From: a virus
DNA length: 64,000 nucleotides
IMG/VR virus record: IMGVR_UViG_3300025882_000001
Direction: 5' to 3' (one strand)
Shown here: positions 54,840 through 64,000 of the stretch, in pieces
How positions within the stretch are numbered: position 1 is the stretch's first letter
How the letters are laid out: every line of letters begins with the position of its first letter
Position numbers and translations under genes: made by a program
The notes under the pieces: model-generated
Told to the model about the DNA's origin: nothing
Database searches by the model: none
What the model saw: only the letters and a program-made list of their open reading frames with translations

Positions 54840-57800
54840 ATTTCCTCCTTCGTTACAAAAGAACGAATTACATAGCGTATTACCGAAATCGGTTCTTGCG
54901 ATTCAATACTTATATGAAATACAGACTTCTGTACCGGTTTGCCATAGTATTCAGATGCCTTTTTGTTGTCAATATATATCTCCGATTGTACTCGTGTATT
55001 TCCATTATAGGTTTGAATATCGTATATCTGCTTTTTATTCTTAATCCCGAAATCGGTAACATAATCAAGTTCCGTTGTGCGAACTCTTGATGTATAAGTG
55101 GAAACATCGCTTCCAAAAAGTTTCTGAGAAATTGCATAGGTGGTAAGATAACGACCATTGTTATAGGATATTGTTCTTACCAAGATTCCTGGAATTGTCG
55201 ACACAGCTTTTGTCTCTGGAGGAATAATTATCGGAGGAAGAATTGGAATAGACGGCGATTCCAATGTTTCAATATCAGTAGAAACTGTGATTACAGCATA
55301 GCCATCTTCAGTTGAATAGACTCCTTTCAGATAGGCGTCATACGCATCAGGCGTTTCAATCATATAAGTAGCCCATCTTCCAGTGCTGATTCCATACAAG
55401 AATACTATGATTTGCTGAAATTTTCCTGGAGCATCTACTGTCTCACCAATCACTGCGACAGCATTTCGATCCTGAATATATTCCACATACACATGACCAG
55501 TAAGCCATTTGAAAGAAGGAAACGCTGTTCCCTCGGCACTCAATTGAGAATAGTTGTTTTCTTTCATTGCTTCACCAATTGGAACTACTTTGTTTCCATC
55601 TACAAGATAGAGATTGCCGTTGAAGTAGACAAAAATACCAGTTTCAGTAGCAACCACATGACTACGCTGAAGAGCACCACAAGACTTACTCGTATATTCA
55701 ATAGCAAGAGTATCGGCATTGATGATAGAATACTCTTCCTTCCCGAAGGCATATATTCTTCCATTGTAAGGAATGAGAACATTCGGAACAAATCCAAGAA
55801 CACAGTATTCTTCTTGATAGTTAAATATAGATGGTTGATAAGGTAAACTACGAAGCACAAGATTATCGGTATTGACATTAACCTTTGGATCAAGAGGAAA
55901 ATAGACATTTCCTGCGTAGATTATACCATTGTACACACATTGGCAGTTTCTTCTTACGCTTACATTATTTACCGTCTCCGAGTATCCAGCGTCAATATTG
56001 AAAGAAGCATAGCGTGTTCCATTATCATGTATAGTTGCTTTATAGAGACCAGTATCTGAATCAAAAGTAAAATTATCATAATTAAGTTCTTTTTCACCAA
56101 CTAAGCGATATAACTCCTGTTCAACGCCATTCAGCATTTCTACGGCATATAAACGAACTGCTGTAATTCGGCGAGAAACTAAGTGCAACATTGCAATATT
56201 TATATTCAAATCTGCTTCAATATTCCAAGTTCCAGTTCCGGGAACAGTATGATCCCAAACGACGTCTGAAAGTGGAGAAATACTAATTCCATCGTAGACA
56301 AAAGCTATGCGGTAACGAACGCTAGTTCCATGTTCAAATCCAGTTCCTATCGTATCACGAAAAGTTAGAATATCTTCTTGAAAATGTAATTCACCAACAT
56401 AAGACAAATCCACATTTGGTGGATCAAGTTCTTCAACATTGTAGAGCACTATATTATTAGCAAAAGCAAAAGCTATTGTTTCATGAATAAGATCAAAGAC
56501 TTTGTATTTCTCTGTTGTTTGTCCTTCTTCAATAGACGTTCCTTCTTTGGTGATCTCACCAACCAATAATGGAACATAGAACAAAGCAGAATTAGTAGCA
56601 TTAGAATATTGCACATCTGCTGGACTGAAGTATACTAAATTGTTTTTAGATGGTGTAAGAATTGATTTACTCTCGTTGGCAAGAAGTGAATAATGAGTAC
56701 GCTGCTCTTTGTGGCTTCCAGGAAAAGAAGATAAATCCGAAGCGAAAACAGCAAATCTCGCACTTCCGTCAGATTCAACTTCAGGATTATTAAAGAACTT
56801 TGTGAGATGAAAATATCTTCGGTAGTGAGTTGATCCAAGAAGAATATCAAAGAATTCGTAATCCCAGACATTCACAGGTTCTTGCCCATTCCAACAATAA
56901 TAAATATCTTGTGCTCTTACATCTGAATTAAAATATACATCTTCTTCTCCCTCATATAACGTATTAGGTGTAAGTGGCATAGCCCATATTATATTCGAAT
57001 TTACATAGCTTTGGCTACTAGAATCAAAAGTACTTATGTGTTGAAAGTATGCCATACCACATCCATAATGTGGTCTACTGTAATGTCTTATATCCTGAGA
57101 CAGCGATTCAAATTCACAACCCAAATGCGAATTTAGCCACGTTTTTGCTTTGCAGGCAATTTCATAACCAACTATATTGTTTACATAATCTAATATAGTT
57201 AATGAGCCAATTAGATGAGCATTACTATGTATATCACCATTGTCTACGTAAGCGAATCCACAATATCCTGGAGAGTATATTTTAGTTACTTGCGAAATAC
57301 CTGTAATATAATCTACATATTCATCATCGTTACTTACATCACGCAAATATAGTTCGTTTAATTTCAAATACAAGTCCAAGAACCCACACTCTGTATCTAT
57401 CGAACTATTTGCTCCGTTAGTATTCGAGACCGGCTCACTATTAGCAAATGCTTCATAAGGAATTCTCAAATAGCCAGCTTCTTCACCATTTGGACGATAT
57501 TCATATCCATTTTCATTCCATCCTAATTTATAACCAGAACTTGTTATGAAATGTTGAGTTTGTACCCAATAACAATAACAGTCAATCTTCCTATACGGCA
57601 TAAATGGAAGCTTGCTTCGATTCAAAGTATTTTCGGCACAAGATACTGTTATCTCTGGTTGATTATAAACGAATAAGTTTTTGCTGAAGGAGAAGAGCAT
57701 GTCTTCTTCCGTTGCAAGAGAATTGAGATAAACATTGTCTCCCATGTTATATGCCAAGAATACATAGTCTTTTGAAACTGCTATAGAATCTAATTTACTT

Positions 57801-58600
57801 CCTACTGGATTGTTTGTTTCCATCACTTTTACATGAGCAAGAATAACATCGCTTCCTGCGCTAATTGACAATAGTTCTTCTGGATAAACACCGTTTTCTT
57901 GAAATACCGAACTCAGATTAAGTTTTGATATAAATAAGGAGCTTCCCTTATAATAGGCAAAATATATATGCACAGGATACCATATATTCCCTATCTCTAC
58001 TTTATCGTAACTCCACGCCAAGGGCAACGATGGAGCAAGAGGAAAAGAGCTATATGTTATATTCTCTTGTATATCATATAAATACAAATTACCAAAACCG
58101 TACTGAGCATAGAGAATATATCTTTCGTTGATTGGAACAGCAAACTGAATATTTTCCTGAGTTGAATAACCATACTTGGAAGAAATCACATCTTCTTCGA
58201 AAATTATATCATTTCTATCAACTCCGATAAGGTCTCCTTTGGAATATCCATACCGCAGGTACTTCGTATGCCCACTGTCTTGAATAATGCTCATCTGGCG
58301 TCCAATAACGTCCATACAGGGACGATCTCCAGTTGGAGGACTAATGGTACCAACCCGAACTCCATCTACGTATACGTGCCCATTTATATCTTCAGAAACG
58401 GCAATATCTTTTCCTTCAACGAATAAGTTTTTCTGCTGTATGTATGCGGTTCCAACTGCTTTGTCTTTGTTCTCTGGTACTGCCGTACTCAGTGAACCAT
58501 CGACTCTTGCATTCCAAAAAGACACAGCTCCGCCAGGAGCATCTGGTATCGCCGGAGCTGCGCCATTGAACGAGTTGAAAGGGACTATTTCTTTTGGCAT
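54836..58600 (-). CDS. Duplicate of the 1254-aa tail nozzle-like protein
   Basis: Identical translation. Confidence 0.6.
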   Translation of the reverse strand: MPKEIVPFNSFNGAAPAIPDAPGGAVSFWNARVDGSLSTAVPENKDKAVGTAYIQQKNLFVEGKDIAVSEDINGHVYVDGVRVGTISPPTGDRPCMDVIGRQMSIIQDSGHTKYLRYGYSKGDLIGVDRNDIIFEEDVISSKYGYSTQENIQFAVPINERYILYAQYGFGNLYLYDIQENITYSSFPLAPSLPLAWSYDKVEIGNIWYPVHIYFAYYKGSSLFISKLNLSSVFQENGVYPEELLSISAGSDVILAHVKVMETNNPVGSKLDSIAVSKDYVFLAYNMGDNVYLNSLATEEDMLFSFSKNLFVYNQPEITVSCAENTLNRSKLPFMPYRKIDCYCYWVQTQHFITSSGYKLGWNENGYEYRPNGEEAGYLRIPYEAFANSEPVSNTNGANSSIDTECGFLDLYLKLNELYLRDVSNDDEYVDYITGISQVTKIYSPGYCGFAYVDNGDIHSNAHLIGSLTILDYVNNIVGYEIACKAKTWLNSHLGCEFESLSQDIRHYSRPHYGCGMAYFQHISTFDSSSQSYVNSNIIWAMPLTPNTLYEGEEDVYFNSDVRAQDIYYCWNGQEPVNVWDYEFFDILLGSTHYRRYFHLTKFFNNPEVESDGSARFAVFASDLSSFPGSHKEQRTHYSLLANESKSILTPSKNNLVYFSPADVQYSNATNSALFYVPLLVGEITKEGTSIEEGQTTEKYKVFDLIHETIAFAFANNIVLYNVEELDPPNVDLSYVGELHFQEDILTFRDTIGTGFEHGTSVRYRIAFVYDGISISPLSDVVWDHTVPGTGTWNIEADLNINIAMLHLVSRRITAVRLYAVEMLNGVEQELYRLVGEKELNYDNFTFDSDTGLYKATIHDNGTRYASFNIDAGYSETVNNVSVRRNCQCVYNGIIYAGNVYFPLDPKVNVNTDNLVLRSLPYQPSIFNYQEEYCVLGFVPNVLIPYNGRIYAFGKEEYSIINADTLAIEYTSKSCGALQRSHVVATETGIFVYFNGNLYLVDGNKVVPIGEAMKENNYSQLSAEGTAFPSFKWLTGHVYVEYIQDRNAVAVIGETVDAPGKFQQIIVFLYGISTGRWATYMIETPDAYDAYLKGVYSTEDGYAVITVSTDIETLESPSIPILPPIIIPPETKAVSTIPGILVRTISYNNGRYLTTYAISQKLFGSDVSTYTSRVRTTELDYVTDFGIKNKKQIYDIQTYNGNTRVQSEIYIDNKKASEYYGKPVQKSVFHISIESQEPISVIRYVIRSFVTKEEI

Positions 58601-59130
58601 TAGAATATTCTCTTTGGATTAAGTATTTCTCTTCGTTGTTCTTCAGCTGGTTCATCAACTACGCTTGTAAGTGGAAGTGGGAATCTGTTCTTCGTGAAGT
58701 TAATCGTTCCAGTATCGATTACTATACATTGGAAAGAAGCTGCTCCTTTGTCTTCGCCATTCGGATATTCCAGAGTATTGAATCCATAGATAACTACTTC
58801 AAACTCAGCAGATACTATATCGCTATCTAGATTTTCTGCTACATGTTGCATTCTCCAAAAAGGAATGGAAACAATAAAAATTCCATTTCCAGCGTTTCTA
58901 CAATAAGTTGGACTATAGAGCAAAAAATATTGCGCACTTATATCAAACACTTGGTCAATGCGTCCTTTGGAAAATACGATAAAATCTCTTTCTAGTTCAT
59001 TTGCAAGAACACAGTGAAGTAAGACGGCTACATTGAAATCGGTTAAGTCGACTCCAGCCATCTCAGCATCGGTAATCTCATAGACATAGTTTCCAGTAGA
59101 AACTATAAATTCATTCAGAGTGCGTGCCAT
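58600..59130 (-). CDS. Duplicate of 6702..7232
   Basis: Identical translation. Confidence 0.6.
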   Translation of the reverse strand: MARTLNEFIVSTGNYVYEITDAEMAGVDLTDFNVAVLLHCVLANELERDFIVFSKGRIDQVFDISAQYFLLYSPTYCRNAGNGIFIVSIPFWRMQHVAENLDSDIVSAEFEVVIYGFNTLEYPNGEDKGAASFQCIVIDTGTINFTKNRFPLPLTSVVDEPAEEQRREILNPKRIF

Positions 59131-59132
59131 TA

Positions 59133-60254
59133 TTATGGCTCCGGTTCAAGAACTACATCAACCACAATTGTAGTGTCATCTGTTGCAGTTGCTTTGTAGT
59201 CTCCTACCCAACTACGTCCACCACTTTGAAGTGTTTCTGGATTGTAATTGACATCTAGGTTATAGATTGTTATGGATTGATATCCAGGAACAGGCTTCTT
59301 AAATTTTGCATTTGCTACACCTCCCCGGTGATTAGTAAGATATGCCATTCCTGTTGGAGCAATGTGCGCATCAACAATGTTCCCAACATAAACAATGGGA
59401 GAAATTATTATATTTTCTGCACTGTCAATATCGTTCAAGGAAACATCAAAACTTTCTGTAATATAACCACCGTGATGTACAACATCCGGAGCAGGACTTA
59501 AACATAGATAATTAGAGTAACCACCACCGATTCCTCCAGCATGACTAGTAGCATTATTGTAAGCATCTATTTCGCTCTGAGTTGGTGAATATAAGTTCGT
59601 AAGATATTCTCTATTCTTAGAATTAATTACCGGATTTATTCTATCTGTCGTACTCCAACAATTAGGACCTGTGCCGCTTGACCATTGACTGTTTATGCTT
59701 TCTGAACTATGTATTCTACCTTTATGTATATATACTTTACCCCACATTCCAGTATAGGCATCTTTATATGAAAGTTCATAACCTAAATTCAGATTTTGAA
59801 AAATATCATTCAAAATATTATTACTTGAAAATGTTGTCTGAGGTGCTGCTGTTCCTACCGGTATTCCATCTATAAATACTATATTAAATTGAAACGGTGC
59901 AATATAAATTACATTAAATGTATTACCAAGAAACACTTCATCCCATGAAGTAGGAAGAAATGGAGTTTCCATAGCACTAAGAGATGGTAGATTCGTAAAT
60001 AGCTGATATTGTAAATCTCTTGCAATATACAGTGTTCTCATATCAACACTTTGCGTTCCACCTGGCTCTATAAACTCAAGTTTTAATTGATTTATAACCG
60101 GTATCTCATAATTTGCGCAATAGTGATAGAAATAATTACTTAGGGGTTCTATGTTCGTCAAATCCATAGGATGAGAAGAACCAACTGTAATCTCTCTTTC
60201 TATCTCTCCAGTATAATCGTTGATATATGCATTCATTCTTACTGTGTCTGGCAT
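59133..60254 (-). CDS. Duplicate of 7235..8356
   Basis: Identical translation. Confidence 0.55.
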   Translation of the reverse strand: MPDTVRMNAYINDYTGEIEREITVGSSHPMDLTNIEPLSNYFYHYCANYEIPVINQLKLEFIEPGGTQSVDMRTLYIARDLQYQLFTNLPSLSAMETPFLPTSWDEVFLGNTFNVIYIAPFQFNIVFIDGIPVGTAAPQTTFSSNNILNDIFQNLNLGYELSYKDAYTGMWGKVYIHKGRIHSSESINSQWSSGTGPNCWSTTDRINPVINSKNREYLTNLYSPTQSEIDAYNNATSHAGGIGGGYSNYLCLSPAPDVVHHGGYITESFDVSLNDIDSAENIIISPIVYVGNIVDAHIAPTGMAYLTNHRGGVANAKFKKPVPGYQSITIYNLDVNYNPETLQSGGRSWVGDYKATATDDTTIVVDVVLEPEP

Positions 60255-60766
60255 TATTTGTCTCCTTGTATTTTCTCAATCAGGATTTCTATCCTGCTTC
60301 TGTTTGTATAGATTACCTGCTTCAGTAATCCGTTTATGTAGATTAAGAATCTTTGGAACGCTTCGTAGATTACGGTAAGCGCCCGAATACCTATTTTTTT
60401 AAGAAGCGAGTAAGTTTGCTTGTGCAGTATACCGATACTATATCTACGTGTTAGATTGAAACTCTTCTTCCAACTTATACTTCTGGGCTGTATACCAAAG
60501 ACCTTCAACTTACTCGCTTGCTTGCACATTGTTATCTTTTTCTGGAAAGAAACAGAAATATCTCCAAACCTTTTTCCCATCTCTTTCTTCTCTTGATGTC
60601 CAAGGTTCAGTGGTACACGAAGACCAACAGATGTAGGAATCGCAGTTGCAATCTGAACTTCAGAATGCTTCGGCAATTCTTCTTTCTGCGGAACATGGAA
60701 AATCGGAATCGCAAACTTGTTGTGAGCAAAGATAAGTGTCTTTCCGAGTGGTTCTCTTCTCAACAT
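60254..60766 (-). CDS. Duplicate of 8356..8868
   Basis: Identical translation. Confidence 0.55.
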   Translation of the reverse strand: MLRREPLGKTLIFAHNKFAIPIFHVPQKEELPKHSEVQIATAIPTSVGLRVPLNLGHQEKKEMGKRFGDISVSFQKKITMCKQASKLKVFGIQPRSISWKKSFNLTRRYSIGILHKQTYSLLKKIGIRALTVIYEAFQRFLIYINGLLKQVIYTNRSRIEILIEKIQGDK

Positions 60767-61371
60767 CAGAAGTATACCTGTGTAATTGTCGCAGGAGAAT
60801 TCCCGCTATTATATTTCGTTTTAACTGCCTGAAAAGCACCAGAGAACTTATTCGCATATAATTCAACAGTTCCAGGCTCCATAGGAAAGATTCCAGCCAA
60901 CTCTGTAATCATCAAGTATAGTGCACAGAGCTGAACTTCAACATCAGATATGCTAGGAATTGATGTATTCCATGCTTCAATAGCATTTGGATCAATTTCA
61001 ATTCCAGTGTCAGGTGGAAATGGCTTTATAGCTCCGCTTATACTTTCCCAATATTCTATTTCTAAATTATGATTTCCAACGGTTTCGTTTGTGATAAGTT
61101 CTCTATTGGAGTCGTATATCAATAGTTTTCTGTGTTTCACTTCCCAGTAGATATCGTCTCCAGAAGTATCTTTCACACTGTCTATCTTGACCGCTTTTTG
61201 TTCCAGAAGATCCCTATATTGACTTACACTAGTTGGTTTAAGCACAGTAGTCATTAGTCTTACTTCCCTGGAAATCTTCTCAAAAGCGATATTATAAAAT
61301 TGCACAAAAGCTTTTGCCGTAAGCTCCGGTATAATCAACTGAGCAAGTGCATATAGTTCACCGTTTGTCAT
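60766..61371 (-). CDS. Duplicate of 8868..9473 (adaptor-like)
   Basis: Identical translation. Confidence 0.45.
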   Translation of the reverse strand: MTNGELYALAQLIIPELTAKAFVQFYNIAFEKISREVRLMTTVLKPTSVSQYRDLLEQKAVKIDSVKDTSGDDIYWEVKHRKLLIYDSNRELITNETVGNHNLEIEYWESISGAIKPFPPDTGIEIDPNAIEAWNTSIPSISDVEVQLCALYLMITELAGIFPMEPGTVELYANKFSGAFQAVKTKYNSGNSPATITQVYF

Positions 61372-62195
61372 TGTACTCCTCCTGGTGCTTGTGATAGAAC
61401 ACCAAACCAGTCATAGTATTCCTGTCTCAAGTTTCTTATCCGTTGAAGAATATTCACAACATTCTCCATCGTTACCCGAAGCTTATCCGAAGCAGTAGCT
61501 TGTTCGCTTATAATTGTTTGAATTTTCTGCAGCTCTGCTGAAGCGAGTTCCACATCGTCTTTGTTGAGTCGCTTCTCCACATTTGAATAATCATAAGGTA
61601 TCTTATCTGTAATCATCTTATTCACGAGGAGGGAAACATAGGCATTAAATACTTTATTGAGCTCAAATATAGAACAATACAGTGCCAATGGATACTTATA
61701 GCGGTCATGCCAAATAAGTTTCCCACCACCTTCAATCCCATATTTCACAATCTCTGCACAATAGCGTTCTGTATCTTCAGCTCCTGCCGGGATTGGTGGA
61801 TATGCGAATAAGTTTTTGCCTTCCAACCAGTAGTAGCGCTTCCCATACGAACCATCATTCAGCAGCGAATATGGATTCATTATCTGTTCCGGATTATCTA
61901 CTCGGATTGCCAATTTTGGAATCTTGCCTCTCACATAGTAGACCTTTATCTCTTCATTATCTGCCGGAACATACTGAAGCATAGTAGAAAAGCTGGAGAC
62001 ACCAGTAGCAGAGCTGGAGGAACGAGTGAGGATTACTGGCGTCTCCAATACCTTCAGTGCTTTCGGATTGACAATCCCAATACGATTGACTATATCTTCC
62101 ATGCCAGACATAAGAACATTATCTTCTATGATAATATCCTTCGTTCCAAGAATGGAATTCACATAGTCCTGAATATCAATCCGATTCAGTATCAT
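61368..62195 (-). CDS. Duplicate of 9470..10297 (adaptor/connector)
   Basis: Identical translation. Confidence 0.5.
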   Translation of the reverse strand: MILNRIDIQDYVNSILGTKDIIIEDNVLMSGMEDIVNRIGIVNPKALKVLETPVILTRSSSSATGVSSFSTMLQYVPADNEEIKVYYVRGKIPKLAIRVDNPEQIMNPYSLLNDGSYGKRYYWLEGKNLFAYPPIPAGAEDTERYCAEIVKYGIEGGGKLIWHDRYKYPLALYCSIFELNKVFNAYVSLLVNKMITDKIPYDYSNVEKRLNKDDVELASAELQKIQTIISEQATASDKLRVTMENVVNILQRIRNLRQEYYDWFGVLSQAPGGVQ

Positions 62196-62584
62196 TATTC
62201 TTTCACCGCATATCGAATTACTGCATTTCCAGTTGCAGCAGGAGTAAGAGTGATTGCAATGCGATAGAAGGGCGCTTTGATATTTCTTACATCAAGAGAT
62301 ATTCCACATCCAGTTGTTGCAGCGGAAATAGCTGGATTTGTTCCGGTTACCATATCCGACCAATGCGTCCCATCTACTGAAATCTGCAACTTTATCGTGT
62401 CTGCAGTTACTGATATAGTCTTGGTTGAAGAAATAATTGCAGCGGGAAGAACAACATTCCCCTGAAAACTGGCAAGCGCAGAAGAATATATCGTCTGAGC
62501 ACTCGTACCAGTAAAGGCAAGTGTTTCTTCGTAAGTTTTCCATCCAGTGTAGGTTGCTGCTCCAGTTACATCTGACCAAGCCAT
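62195..62584 (-). CDS. Duplicate of 10297..10686 (decoration-like)
   Basis: Identical translation. Confidence 0.5.
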   Translation of the reverse strand: MAWSDVTGAATYTGWKTYEETLAFTGTSAQTIYSSALASFQGNVVLPAAIISSTKTISVTADTIKLQISVDGTHWSDMVTGTNPAISAATTGCGISLDVRNIKAPFYRIAITLTPAATGNAVIRYAVKE

Positions 62585-62593
62585 CTTTCCTCC

Positions 62594-63970
62594 TTATGCA
62601 TTCCACTTCAACACAGCATGTGTCTCAGGAAGCGTAATTTGCATTCCAGCTTCAGTTATAATCTGATCAATACGACCGTCAATATCTGGAGCCTGAACAT
62701 TGGTTTGATAGAAGGTATCACGGCTGATACCATTTCCGACAAGTGGACGATATGCAACCTGACCCAAATCGATTACCAAACAGTAGTCTTCCCACTGTTC
62801 CCTCAGTAGAGGATTGGCAACGAAATTGAAGTCGCCAAAGACACAACTTACTCGAGTAAGGTTGAAACCAAATTGAGATTTGACATTTTGAATATCCAAC
62901 TGAGCGGAACCACCAGCAAGAGTATTGCCCAAGAATGTTCCATTCCCCAGTTTGTTGAACCAAGAGATTAGTTTCCGAGAAGCCAAAACCAGTTTGCTTC
63001 CACTGTTTCCATTTTCCGGAGCGAACATATCTCTTGACCAGTCTACGAAGTTATTATATCCACTATTGGAATAACTGAATGTAGCAACATTACCATACAG
63101 AGAAACAAAGGGAAGGATTCCCCAAGTATATCTTTTTACAGCGGCGTTTGTTTCTGCGTCTAATGCTCCAGTAGTTACATTTACGTTTCCCACTCCGAAC
63201 AGGAAGGCATGTTCCATATCCATCTTATGCTCACGCAGCTTCTCATCCCAAATTCGCATGAACTCATTTTTTCTTCCCCGAAATTCAGTAGCCATTGCAG
63301 AACCAGACATCATCGGGCAAGCAGTTTTGAATATTTGAGCATATCCTTCGGTCTGACTTAGAAAATCATACCAACTATCTGGAGCTCCGGAACCTTCTGG
63401 ATATGCCGTTCCCACAATTTGTCCACGGGCATTAACTGGAAAAACTACATTTCCGGAGGCAATGGCAGCTTTACTGGTTGCAGTAAGGATAAACAATGGA
63501 GTCATAGTAACTTTGGTAAATCCACTACCAGTTGTAGCCGAAGAAACTCTTCCGTAGAATGTTCCAGTGTTAGAACCATTGGTAACATTTTCAATCGCCA
63601 CTATCTGCCCTTGGACGAAAAATATTGGTGCTTGGGCTTCTGTGGTGGTCTTTCCACGAGAATCATACTTACAAGATACTTGCAGATCAGTAACACTGTT
63701 ATAAGCTAATGTTGCTCCAGTAGAAACATAGAAATTTCTCCGTTGCCACTGGTGACGTTGTTCCATCATTTTGAATACAGGGTCGGGAGTTGCAATCTTC
63801 CGAAGCCGTGTAAGATAAGAGAAGAAGGGAGATTCCTGCGGTCGCAGTTCTGCAATCTCTCCACTCAGATCGAAAGTCCGACGCAGATTGTCGAGACTTA
63901 TATTCACAGGAGGAACAGTAGTTTGAGTATAAGTTCCGCCTTGTGAAGTTGTGTAAAAGTTAGTAGCCAT
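62594..63970 (-). CDS. Duplicate of the major capsid protein gene
   Basis: Identical translation. Confidence 0.85.
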   Translation of the reverse strand: MATNFYTTSQGGTYTQTTVPPVNISLDNLRRTFDLSGEIAELRPQESPFFSYLTRLRKIATPDPVFKMMEQRHQWQRRNFYVSTGATLAYNSVTDLQVSCKYDSRGKTTTEAQAPIFFVQGQIVAIENVTNGSNTGTFYGRVSSATTGSGFTKVTMTPLFILTATSKAAIASGNVVFPVNARGQIVGTAYPEGSGAPDSWYDFLSQTEGYAQIFKTACPMMSGSAMATEFRGRKNEFMRIWDEKLREHKMDMEHAFLFGVGNVNVTTGALDAETNAAVKRYTWGILPFVSLYGNVATFSYSNSGYNNFVDWSRDMFAPENGNSGSKLVLASRKLISWFNKLGNGTFLGNTLAGGSAQLDIQNVKSQFGFNLTRVSCVFGDFNFVANPLLREQWEDYCLVIDLGQVAYRPLVGNGISRDTFYQTNVQAPDIDGRIDQIITEAGMQITLPETHAVLKWNA

Positions 63971-64000
63971 TTTTCATTTCTCCTATTTTCAATATTGAGT

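Larger units (their letters stand above)
51899..64000. repeat. Second copy of 1..12102
   Basis: Same sequence and ORFs at offset 51,898. Confidence 0.97.

Noticed and set aside
51899-64000. 12.1-kb direct repeat as a biological terminal repeat or segmental duplication
   Set aside because: It starts and ends exactly at the window edges and cuts genes mid-frame; wrap-around of a 51,898-bp circular contig explains it.

Overview
The window is one complete, circularly represented tailed-phage genome of 51,898 bp plus a wrap-around copy: 1..12102 matches 51899..64000 at both ends and across all shared ORF translations. It has two divergent blocks. The minus-strand block (19514 down to 1, continuing 51898 down to 36640) is a podovirus-type late operon: terminases, P22-like portal, scaffold, major capsid, adaptor/nozzle, ejection-type proteins, a ~3,330-aa giant protein, a GC-rich LRR fibre-like gene, a putative endolysin and a metallophosphoesterase. 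The plus-strand block (19777..36367) has many small paralogous ORFs, an M28-like peptidase, a Sak4/AAA_24-like ATPase, an SSB candidate, an AEP primase-SF4 helicase, Gp157 and a RuvC-like resolvase. I recognised no DNA polymerase, integrase, repressor, tRNA, CRISPR array or reverse transcriptase. Main result: the giant protein carries, in the right order, the motifs of a single-chain two-barrel (crAss-like) virion RNA polymerase (DG, K, K, RxP, DDDGD), yet the phage uses strong Shine-Dalgarno signals, unlike Bacteroidota phages. Next to it are a repeated early promoter-like module, a ~1 kb non-coding region of hairpins and mirror repeats, two structured-RNA candidates, two small proteins ending in SSB-like tails and a genome-wide over-represented CGARTAAGY motif. 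All assignments are by eye; no searches were run.
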